DNA from: Nitrospinota bacterium
GTDB taxonomy: Bacteria; UBA8248
Direction: 5' to 3'
Assembly (NCBI GenBank): GCA_030754595.1
Contig: JASLZZ010000056.1
Location: 1-64,000 of the forward strand
DNA: 64,000 nucleotides
Position 1 is the first letter of the stretch. Each line of letters opens with the position of its first letter. Shown here piece after piece: positions 29,210 through 38,079 of this stretch. The position numbers were made by a program, and so were the translations under genes. The notes under the pieces are model-generated. The model saw only the letters and a program-made list of their open reading frames with translations. It had not been told where the DNA came from and did not search any database.

Positions 29210-31153
29210 ATGCCCACCCCATCCGTGATCTGGCGTCCCAGCGAGGATTTTCTCGAAAACTCGAACATCGCGCGGCTGATGAAAAAGAACGGCGTTGCGG
29301 GCTACCGGGAGCTGCTCGAGTGGTCGGTGGCGGACACGCGCCGGTTCTGGCGGGCGGTCACGGAAGACATGGGGGTGGCGTGGCAGCGGCCCTTCGATGA
29401 GGTATTGGACGACAGCGGGGGCTTTCCCTGGGCGAAATGGTTCGTGGGCGGGGAGACGAACATCGCCCTCAACTGCATCGACCGGCATCTGGAAAAAAGA
29501 AAAGATCAAACCGCCATCATCTGGGAGGGAGACGGCGGCGAGGTCCGAAAATTCACCTACGGCGAGATGGCGGCGGAGGTGGCAAGGCTCTCGAACGCCA
29601 TGCGCGGGATGGGCATCAAGCCCGGCGACGCGGCGGGAATCTTCATGCCGATGATCCCCGAGACGGTATTTGCCATGTTCGCCTGCTTCAAGGTCGGCGC
29701 GGTGGCGATCCCGATTTTTTCGGGCTTCGGGCACGAAGCGGTGGCCGAGCGACTGAACCACGGCGGAGCGCTGGTGGTATTCACCTCGAACGGAGGGATG
29801 CGCCGGGGCAAGGAGGTCCCTGTCAAGGCGACGCTCGACCGGGCGCTCGAACTCGAAACGAAGGTGGAGCGGGTGGTCGTCTTCCCGCGCACGAAATTGG
29901 ACGCGCCCATGAAGGCGGGCCGCGACCTGATGTGGGAGGCGTTCACCGCAGGACAATCCACCGAAACCAAAACCGAGCGGCTACCCGCCGAGGCGCGGGC
30001 GCTCATTCTCTACACCTCGGGGACGACGGGCCGCCCGAAGGGCACGATACACACCCACGCGGGCCTGCTCGCAACGATGGCCAAAGAGGTTGGCTACTGC
30101 ATGGACTACCGCGAAGGCGAGGTTTTCTTCTGGGTGACCGACATCGGCTGGATGATGGGCCCCTGGGAGTTCGTCGGGGTGCAGTTCTACGGCGGAACCT
30201 ATTTCATCTTCGACGGTGCGCCGAATTGGCCCGAACCCGACCGGCTCTGGCGGATGATCGCAGATCACCGAATTAACACCTTCGGCGTCGCGCCCACCGC
30301 GATTCGCGTCCTCGCATCCGCCGGGGACGAGTGGGTCGGGAAACACGACCTTTCGTCGCTGCGGATGCTGGGCTCGACGGGAGAACCCTGGGACCCGGAA
30401 TCATACACGTGGTATTTCGAGAAGGTCGGCGGCGGGCGCTGCCCGATCATGAACATCTCGGGCGGGACGGAAGTCGCGGGCTGCCTGCTTCAGCCCTATC
30501 CCGTCGCCGAGCTTACGCCCTGCTCCCTCGGGGGACCGGCGCTCGGTGTGGACACGGACGTGTTCAGCGAGGACGGAAAACCCGTCCGGAACGAAATCGG
30601 CCACCTCGTCTGCAAGCAACCGATGCCCTCGATGACGAAAAGTTTTCTGAACGACGACGAACGCTACATCGAGACGTATTTCTCGCGCTGGAAGGGCATT
30701 TGGTATCACGGCGACTGGGCGAAGGTGGACGAAAACGGGCAGTGGTATCTCTTCGGCCGTTCGGACGACACCATCAACGTCGCAGGAAAGCGTGTGGGAC
30801 CCGCCGAGGTCGAGGCCGCCCTTATCGGGCACCCCGCCGTCGTCGAGGCGGCCACCATCGGCACACCCCACCCCATCAAGGGGGAGGGGCTCACCTGTTT
30901 CGCCGTACTCTCGCCGGGATTCGAGGCGACCGACGCCCTGCGCGATGAACTCAAGGACGAGGCCGTTAAGTATCTGGGCAAGAGCCTCCGGCCCGAGGAG
31001 GTGAAGTTCGTCGAGGCCCTGCCCAAGACACGCTCAGCCAAGATCGTCCGCGGCGCGATCAAAAAGATCTACCTGGGCGAAGACCCAAGCGCCATCGACA
31101 CCAGTTCCATCGAAGTACCCGAATTTCTGCTGGCCATCACCAAGGCTATCTGA
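29210..31153 (+). CDS. AMP-forming acyl-CoA synthetase, tandem paralog
   Basis: 647 aa like the first copy; YTSGTTGRPKG, ISGGTE, GRSDD and LPKTRSAK motifs. Confidence 0.9.
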   Translation: MPTPSVIWRPSEDFLENSNIARLMKKNGVAGYRELLEWSVADTRRFWRAVTEDMGVAWQRPFDEVLDDSGGFPWAKWFVGGETNIALNCIDRHLEKRKDQTAIIWEGDGGEVRKFTYGEMAAEVARLSNAMRGMGIKPGDAAGIFMPMIPETVFAMFACFKVGAVAIPIFSGFGHEAVAERLNHGGALVVFTSNGGMRRGKEVPVKATLDRALELETKVERVVVFPRTKLDAPMKAGRDLMWEAFTAGQSTETKTERLPAEARALILYTSGTTGRPKGTIHTHAGLLATMAKEVGYCMDYREGEVFFWVTDIGWMMGPWEFVGVQFYGGTYFIFDGAPNWPEPDRLWRMIADHRINTFGVAPTAIRVLASAGDEWVGKHDLSSLRMLGSTGEPWDPESYTWYFEKVGGGRCPIMNISGGTEVAGCLLQPYPVAELTPCSLGGPALGVDTDVFSEDGKPVRNEIGHLVCKQPMPSMTKSFLNDDERYIETYFSRWKGIWYHGDWAKVDENGQWYLFGRSDDTINVAGKRVGPAEVEAALIGHPAVVEAATIGTPHPIKGEGLTCFAVLSPGFEATDALRDELKDEAVKYLGKSLRPEEVKFVEALPKTRSAKIVRGAIKKIYLGEDPSAIDTSSIEVPEFLLAITKAI

Positions 31154-31393
31154 CGCTTCGGCCCGGCAATTGCCCTCGTCCGAGGTCCGGTAACGAGGAA
31201 GCCGGGTTGCTCCACTCCCCCGAAAAATACGGTTTCGCTTAAATCGAGTTTAATAATTTGTATCTTGCTCCTGAACTCCACCCCCCAAAAAGATTTTTTC
31301 ATTTCCAAAATAATTTTCCTCAATCGCTGGTATCCTATGAATGTTCTCCACGCTCTATGTGTGTTCTCCACACTTGGTTAACGGGAGAGACGA

Positions 31394-32224
31394 ATGAAAC
31401 CCACCGAACTGAACCTGACTCAAGAAGTCCTCGGGCACTCTCGTTTTCATTTCATCACCTACCCGGCGAGCGAAAGCGACCCGTCTCTTATCGACGGTCT
31501 GGAAGCCATCGAGAGGCGAATGGAGAACATGCACGTCATGGACGGCAACCCTACGACGGAAGCCTATCGAAGAGGCCGGTATCAGTATCTTCGAGCGGAA
31601 CCCGGCGAGGGGGGAGACCGGGACATTTCTCACCCTGAAATGTCAGGAGCCAATATTCTCATCCACACCGAATCCTCATCTTCCGACTCCCTCGTTTCCT
31701 ACGAAGAGGGCCTCCGCGCACTCGTTGAGAACCGCGGCGGCTCCGTGGAGACCCTGGCCGGCATTCGAAAGCCTCGGAGCTATACGAGCTATGCCATGAC
31801 CCAGTACTCCTACACCCGCGCCCTTCCGCCGGGTTCGGGCCTACGCTTACCCATCGGAGTTGTCACCCCCCAGAACAAAACCAGGGATTGGTGGAAGATG
31901 GACTGGATGCGGCGCGAGAGTTTCTTCCTCCCCCGCTACGACGCGGAGGGAAACATCACCGCTAAAGGCCACGCCCTGGCTTCCGAGGCCGGAATACCCT
32001 GCCTCAATCGCCGGCTCGTTCATCACCCCGACGGGTATGGGCAAAAAACCGGGTACGACTTCGTGGGCTACTTCGAATTCGCCGAAGAAGACGCGGATAC
32101 GTTTCGTTCCGTCATGGCCGAACTCCGAAACAAATCGGTCAACCCCGAGTGGAATTATGTCCAGGAGGGCCCCGAATGGTGGGGGCGCCGCGTTGCGCGA
32201 CCGCAGGATCTGTGGAGGAAATAA
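31394..32224 (+). CDS. Chlorite dismutase-like (Cld/ChdC fold) putative heme protein
   Basis: The C-terminal half reads P..K...WW.M....R ... H ... RRL.H ... YDF..YFE, matching the Cld-family layout. Confidence 0.6.
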   Translation: MKPTELNLTQEVLGHSRFHFITYPASESDPSLIDGLEAIERRMENMHVMDGNPTTEAYRRGRYQYLRAEPGEGGDRDISHPEMSGANILIHTESSSSDSLVSYEEGLRALVENRGGSVETLAGIRKPRSYTSYAMTQYSYTRALPPGSGLRLPIGVVTPQNKTRDWWKMDWMRRESFFLPRYDAEGNITAKGHALASEAGIPCLNRRLVHHPDGYGQKTGYDFVGYFEFAEEDADTFRSVMAELRNKSVNPEWNYVQEGPEWWGRRVARPQDLWRK

Positions 32225-32314
32225 TATAGATTTTGTGCTATTTATTGGAGGAGTCGAGGAGATGAAAATAAAAATTACTCAACCTCTTGAAAAATTGAAC
32301 CATGGGATTTTCAA

Positions 32315-32863
32315 ATGGCTTTTAGAAGCAAAACCTATGTGACGTACAACAACGATTATACCCGGAAACCGAAATCCGACGATATCCAGTGCGTCAGACA
32401 ACTGATGGATTGGAAGGTTCGAGACGAGGCGCATATCAGTTTTATCAACGCCATGGAGAAGGCGGCCGCCACCGCCGACGAGAGCCAGCAACTTAAATTG
32501 GTCCATGCGATCAAAAACCGGCTGGCGAATTCGACCAACTTCCTTTTGATCATGAGCTCCACGGACAAAGAGGAAACGCCCTGGGTGAGATTTGAAATCG
32601 AATGGGCGGTCGATCAGTGCAAGATTTCGATTATCGCGGCCTACCAAGGCTACGATTCTATCCTTTCAGCGGGAGAGCTCGAACACCACTGGCCCCCTTC
32701 TTTCGACATGAGAATCAGAAACGGTACCGCGCAGGCTGTCCATATCCCCTTCAAGGCCGAGCTTCTCCAGAGGGCGGTCGGCCAGTTCGACAAGGACAAC
32801 CAACCCAAGGGAGGCCTAAGCGCCTACACCAAGGGGGCGTATGAGCGCTGGGGGCTGGAATAG
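32315..32863 (+). CDS. TIR-domain protein (MTH538/DUF1863, Thoeris ThsB-like)
   Basis: IKNRLANSTNFLLIMS...WVRFEIEWA with the TIR catalytic-position Glu; C-terminal HIPFK...A..QF. Confidence 0.72.
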   Translation: MAFRSKTYVTYNNDYTRKPKSDDIQCVRQLMDWKVRDEAHISFINAMEKAAATADESQQLKLVHAIKNRLANSTNFLLIMSSTDKEETPWVRFEIEWAVDQCKISIIAAYQGYDSILSAGELEHHWPPSFDMRIRNGTAQAVHIPFKAELLQRAVGQFDKDNQPKGGLSAYTKGAYERWGLE

Positions 32864-32929
32864 TCCGAGGGACCGCCTCTCCGTTCATCTCGTTTCGCCG
32901 GCTTCAGTTCAGATTAGAAACGATCTTGA

Positions 32930-33300
32930 TTGTGCCAATACACCACAAAACCTGCTCGACACTGAAGCCCGGGCCCATCGTCAACTAAAAACCCGTGTCT
33001 CCGTCCCTCGCTCGGCCGAAACGGAGAATTTCATCCAGGATCATCAAAACCGTCAATGAGGACATGTTTCCGCATTCCTCGAGGATTTTTTTAAAAAATA
33101 GAGGGCTTCGTCCGCCACGTTGACTTTGTCCCGGTAAACCTCGAGGATTCGCTTCCCTCCCAAGCCGCAAGGAAATTTTTCTCAACCTCCATGAAGCGTG
33201 GAAATGAGAATAGTGGAGCCAGTTCCTGCGTAGCAAATACCGGCAAGGAAACGGAAATAGAGAGGGTGTCAAAGCTCTCCCGAGGACACCTGCAGGGCTT
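32930..33300 (-). pseudogene. Degraded C-terminal part of a type III polyketide synthase (chalcone synthase-like)
   Basis: Minus strand reads GGKRILEVY, then after a frameshift ILEECGNMSSLTVLMILDEIL...GDTGF*LTMGPGFSVEQV. GNMSS and GPGF are type III PKS signatures. Limits approximate. Confidence 0.75.
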
Positions 33301-33467
33301 GTATCGCTCGCCGGGGGGCCTTATTCTTGCACCTTCGCTGAGGCAACTGCTCCGGCAAGCCAACGCTCTTTTGACCTGTTTTTCGGACCCGCGGTGAGCG
33401 GATATCGAATCCGCCAGCCTCGCCTGGAATCCACAATCAAATCATCATTTTATTATCGGGATATTTC

Positions 33468-34208
33468 GTGAATATTTCTCTTTTCGACCTCGCCGCCATC
33501 GCCATTGGGGCCTTCGGTGTCGGTTTCTTCAAGTCCACCTTCAGCATGGCCGTAGGGCTGGTGCTCGTTCCCGTGATGGTAATTTTCTGGCCGACACGAT
33601 TTATTATCGGAATTATCGCTATTCACATGTTCATTTCGGACTACGCCGTGATCCGCTTGTTCTGGAAACAGTGGGATTGGCGGCTCGCCAAACTCGTGAT
33701 TCCTGGTGTTTGCATCGGAATCGTCGCTGGGACGGCCACGTTGGTGAACCTGCCCGACTACTGGATTCGAAAATTCATCGGAATCGGTTGCCTCATTTTC
33801 ATTTCCATTCAGGGTTGGTCCGAGATCAAGGGCGGGCTTCCGACTCCGCGAATTGGGCGAAGGGCCGGGTTTGCCATCGGTGTCATCGGGGGGATCATAA
33901 GCGCCATGACCCACACGGGCGGAACCGTATTTACGCTTTACCTGCTCAGCCAAGGAGTAAAGAAGGTCAACCTGGTCGCAACGATTATCGTCATCTGGAT
34001 CTTCGTCAATCCGCTCAAGGTTAGCTCGTACTACGTCGGCGGGCTGGTGGGCAACAAAATACTCATCGCCGGGATGGCTTCTATCCCCCTCGCCTTCCTG
34101 GGTGGTTGGATCGGACGCGGGCTGCTCGACCGGATGTCCCAACGATTTTTCAACACGGCGATACTTTTTTTTGCGCTGGCGGCAGCCGCGCGTCTCCTCT
34201 GGGAGTAA
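33468..34208 (+). CDS. TSUP (TauE/SafE) family transporter
   Basis: About 8 TM segments, G...G...G...GG pattern, GRGLLDRMSQRFF tail. Confidence 0.8.
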   Translation: MNISLFDLAAIAIGAFGVGFFKSTFSMAVGLVLVPVMVIFWPTRFIIGIIAIHMFISDYAVIRLFWKQWDWRLAKLVIPGVCIGIVAGTATLVNLPDYWIRKFIGIGCLIFISIQGWSEIKGGLPTPRIGRRAGFAIGVIGGIISAMTHTGGTVFTLYLLSQGVKKVNLVATIIVIWIFVNPLKVSSYYVGGLVGNKILIAGMASIPLAFLGGWIGRGLLDRMSQRFFNTAILFFALAAAARLLWE

Positions 34209-34212
34209 GAAG

Positions 34213-34962
34213 ATGCCCGACTTCTCTCCCGCCCAATGGGTTTTGATATGCATCGGCGCTTTCGGAAACGGTTTTCTCAAGCGAGTCTTCGGCGCAGGCG
34301 TCGGCATCACGTTGATGCCCATCCTCGCCATCTCCTTTCCCGCCAAATTCTCACTTGTTTTTCTTGCGCTATGCACTACCTGGGTGGACATAGGGATTTC
34401 CCGCTCGATGTGGGACCACTGGGACCGCCGGACAACTTTTCTTTTCCTTCCCGGAATGATCGCCGGGATCGTTTTCGGCGGCTGGGTGCTAACCTGGGTC
34501 CCCGAATATGAACTTCGATTGTTCATCGGCGGTCTATGCGGGTTAATCGCCGGATATCAAATTTTTATCGAACTCAAGGGAAGGCCGCCGAAAATTCCGA
34601 CGATTCCTGTTTGGGCGGGAGTTGGCATCGGTTCAATCAGCGGAATAAATTCCACCATCGCCAATGCCGGCGCCACCCTCCTTGTCCCTATCATGATCAG
34701 CCAGAGTATCGCTCCTCGAATGATCGTCGGAACCATCTGGGCGATATTCCTGCTCTTGAATCCTCTGAGAGCCATGGCTTACTGGAATGCGGGTATCCTC
34801 ACCCGCTCGGTAATAACCGCCACGGTATTAGCGATTCCGCTGCTCTGGGCAGGGGTCCGAACAGGCGCCTGGCTCCAGCCCAGACTCCCTCGCAGGGCAT
34901 TTAATCTGATTGTGCTCTCAATCGCACTGGCAGGTTCGATTTACATCGTTGTCAACAACTAA
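34213..34962 (+). CDS. TSUP (TauE/SafE) family transporter, second copy
   Basis: GF..R.FGAG, PG...G...G and GAWLQPRLPRRAF patterns; ATG 34213 with GGAG RBS. Confidence 0.8.
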   Translation: MPDFSPAQWVLICIGAFGNGFLKRVFGAGVGITLMPILAISFPAKFSLVFLALCTTWVDIGISRSMWDHWDRRTTFLFLPGMIAGIVFGGWVLTWVPEYELRLFIGGLCGLIAGYQIFIELKGRPPKIPTIPVWAGVGIGSISGINSTIANAGATLLVPIMISQSIAPRMIVGTIWAIFLLLNPLRAMAYWNAGILTRSVITATVLAIPLLWAGVRTGAWLQPRLPRRAFNLIVLSIALAGSIYIVVNN

Positions 34963-35034
34963 CGAGGGTGTCCGAAAATCCCGAGACATCCCCCCCCCTT
35001 CACCAAAAAAAACACCAGGCGGCGGAATCCGCTT

Positions 35035-36187
35035 TTACGTCCATGGCTCGGCGGAAATAACGTAGGCGGTCAATTCCGCGTGAAGCGCCTCGGGCTCAAT
35101 GGGAAGGACGACGGGTTTTTTCCGCTTGGCGGAAAGATCGCAGGCCATCGTGAGGAGAAGGTTGCGCTGACCTTCGGCCCCGGTCGCGTGCGGGGTCTTG
35201 ATGCCGGTATAGATGTGCGCCAGCCAGGCGTTCGACTCCTCCCGCATGGGCCCCCAAAACTGCCCGTCGGAAATATCCCCCGCCGGGTAACTCCAGAGCA
35301 GATGAACATTGCGCTTGTCCCCCTCCCCTCGGTGGGAGGGCAACGGTTTCTCGGTCGCCATGATCGTATCGGCGTGCGTATCGTCGATTGTCAGCGCTCC
35401 CTCGGTGCCGATGATACCCACCGTCAGGGAGTAGGTCGAGGCGGGCCAATTGATCGGCATCCCCCAGCTACAGTCCATACTCCAGATGCTTCCGTCGTCG
35501 AAGGTGAAGATGTTGAAGGTGGCATCCTGGGTACCAAGGCCCACCATCGTCCTTGTCACCGAACGTGAGGTGACCTCGACCAGTTGTTTCGAGTTTCCAA
35601 GGATGAACAGCGATGCGTCGAGGGCGTGTGTTCCCGATATCACCATCGGGCTCAGCAGTGAACGGTCCTCGTTTCTCCCGAGGCGGACGACGCCGACCAT
35701 CTGGTTAACAAACGCGCGGGTCGCGGCCGAGGTGATATCCCCGAGGCGGCCTTGAGCGACATGCTCTCTTGCGGTAAACCACCGCCGCCGGAAACGCTGG
35801 GTGTAGCCCACCAAAAGCTCGGCCCCGGCCTCCTCGTCGGCCGCCACCACCTTGGCGGATTCGACGACATTGGTCGCCAGGGGTTTTTCGACGAGTATCC
35901 TGTGTCCGCCCTCGATTGAGGCAAGGAGGTTCCTGGCATGCCACTCTTCGTCGGTGGCGATAATCGAGGCGTTCACATCGGAACGTTTCAATAGCTCCTT
36001 GTAGTCCGTCGTAAAAAAAATCCGCATCAAAATCCTCGGCGAGTTTCTTTCCTTTTTTTTCGTCGATGTCGCAGAGACCGATCCGTTCCGTGCCCGGGTA
36101 CTCGCGCGCACATCTGCCCCGAATGGCCCCTATTTTTCCGCAACCCACGATCGCCAGATCAATCGGATTTTTTTCAAGTTTACTCAT
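35035..36187 (-). pseudogene. Gfo/Idh/MocA oxidoreductase with a +1 frameshift in a T8 run
   Basis: The N-terminus AIVGCGKIG...DADFF is in one frame and TTDYKEL...LVEKPLA...GYTQRF in another. The junction is the A8 run at 36013-36020; T7 on the coding strand would restore the frame. Confidence 0.8.
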
Positions 36188-36265
36188 CGCCGGCTCCCAT
36201 GAAAAATAAGGCCATATGAAAAAAACTCTCTAATGAATAAAATTTGTTTTGAATTTATGAAATCG

Positions 36266-38035
36266 CTACCACCCCGCAGCGCAGGACGCCCTGCGGGCAT
36301 CCGCCCCGCCGAGGAGAACACCCTCCTTCGGGTCCCGCACGATGCAGCAGACACTCCCGAGTTGGCGGCTGTAGTCGGGAAGCTCTTCCGGCTTGTAGCC
36401 GCGCTCTTTGAGAATATCGCCCGATTCCCGGCCGATGCGATCTTCGATTATCAAGCGGCCCGGGTTGTAGGTGTGCGGCCAGAACGAGTTCGGAAAGTTA
36501 TAGGTCGCAATTCGCTGGGCCTCGACCGCCACCTGGGGGAGCATCCCGAACTCGACAACATTTAAAAACACCTGAATCATCGCCTGGGGTTGGACGTCCC
36601 CGCCCGGAGTCCCGAAAGTCATGAAAATCTCGCCATCCTTGAGCGCAAGGGCCGGGCTGGGCGTGAGGCGGGGTCGTTTCCAAGGGGCAACTACACTGGG
36701 GTGGCCCTCCTCGAGCCAGCTCTGAGAACCCCTCGAGGAAACCGTGCAACCCACTCCCGGAATGATGGGCGTATCGGCGGAGGAGTCCGAAGGCGTAGCG
36801 GAAAAAGCGTTCCCATCGGAGTCGATAACCGTGCAATAAGAAGTGTCCTGGACCGGCTCGGCGGCTTCTGCCGCGGCCACGGGCTGCCCGGGAGCTCCGT
36901 TTTGAGGCTCCATTTTTCCACTCTGAAACGCCCAGGGGTCTCCGGCCGGCGCCAATCCCTCAAAAGCCACCCGTCGTTCGAGGAGTTTCTCCCGCGTCGC
37001 CGCATAGTCTTTCGAGATAATCCCCTCGATGGGCACCCGAAGGAACTCCGGGTCGCCGTAATAGCGGTCCCGATCGGCAAAGGAAAGCTCAAGAGCTGTA
37101 ATCAGGCGATGGAGATAATCGGGATAATTATGCCCCAGCGAGACCAAATCGGCGGATTCGAGCAGATTGAGCGTCGCCGGGAGGATTGGCCCCTGACACC
37201 AGGGGCCGCATCCATACACCTCATAACCCCTGAAATCCGTCATGACGGGCTCTTCCTCTTTCACCGCGCAGTCGGCCATGTCCTCCATCGTCAGCCGCCC
37301 GCCGCCCGCCTGAACGAAATCGACGACACGCCTCGCCGTCTCCCCCTTGAAAATTTCTTCGCGGGCCGCGCGGAGGCCGCCGCTTCTTCCGCCCGGGGCC
37401 TTTTCCTCGGCGCGGACCATTCGCTTCATCGTTTCGGCGAGGTCAGGCATGACGACCTTGCCACCCGGCGGGATGACCTCCCCGTCCCGGAAAAAGATTT
37501 TCCGGGTCTCCTCGAACTGGCCATATGCCTCGCGTAGCGCGAACAGGTGCTCGTAGAGGACCGGGTACATCGAAAAACCGCTCTCGGCCAATGCGATGGC
37601 GTCCCCGGCGGCCTCGGCGAATGTCTTCGTGCCGTAGCGATCTAGAGCCGAAATCCACGCGTCAACCGCCGCCGGAGTGACCGTCCTCCGGACCCCAATG
37701 GGAATCTCGCCCCCGCAGTTTTTTTCGAACCATTCCCGGGTCACCGCCTTGGGCCAGCGGCCCAGGCCGTCGATTGAAACAACGCGGTTTTCTTTCTTGA
37801 GGCAGATGATTATCGGCGCCACCCCGAGGAACGACGTGAAATCAGCCAGGAGCACATTGAGGCAGATACCGGCGGCGACCCCGGCATCGATAGCATTGCC
37901 TCCTTTTTCGAGAATGCGGAGCGACGCCCGGGTGGCCAAGGGGTGGCCCGAGGAGGCCATGACCTGGCGGCCCATGGCCTGGGAGCGATGGGCGACGTAT
38001 TCTTTTCCGTCCGAGGTAATGTGGCGAAACGACAT
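36266..38035 (-). CDS. ggt: Gamma-glutamyltransferase family protein
   Basis: GGNAIDAGVAA, FADRDRYYGDP, nucleophile DTS, KRPRLT, GTPGGDVQ and GGADARR motifs. Confidence 0.9.
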   Translation of the reverse strand: MSFRHITSDGKEYVAHRSQAMGRQVMASSGHPLATRASLRILEKGGNAIDAGVAAGICLNVLLADFTSFLGVAPIIICLKKENRVVSIDGLGRWPKAVTREWFEKNCGGEIPIGVRRTVTPAAVDAWISALDRYGTKTFAEAAGDAIALAESGFSMYPVLYEHLFALREAYGQFEETRKIFFRDGEVIPPGGKVVMPDLAETMKRMVRAEEKAPGGRSGGLRAAREEIFKGETARRVVDFVQAGGGRLTMEDMADCAVKEEEPVMTDFRGYEVYGCGPWCQGPILPATLNLLESADLVSLGHNYPDYLHRLITALELSFADRDRYYGDPEFLRVPIEGIISKDYAATREKLLERRVAFEGLAPAGDPWAFQSGKMEPQNGAPGQPVAAAEAAEPVQDTSYCTVIDSDGNAFSATPSDSSADTPIIPGVGCTVSSRGSQSWLEEGHPSVVAPWKRPRLTPSPALALKDGEIFMTFGTPGGDVQPQAMIQVFLNVVEFGMLPQVAVEAQRIATYNFPNSFWPHTYNPGRLIIEDRIGRESGDILKERGYKPEELPDYSRQLGSVCCIVRDPKEGVLLGGADARRASCAAGW

Positions 38036-38079
38036 GTCGGCCCCTCAGATGAGTTGATGGGTGGATGAAAAATAATCTA

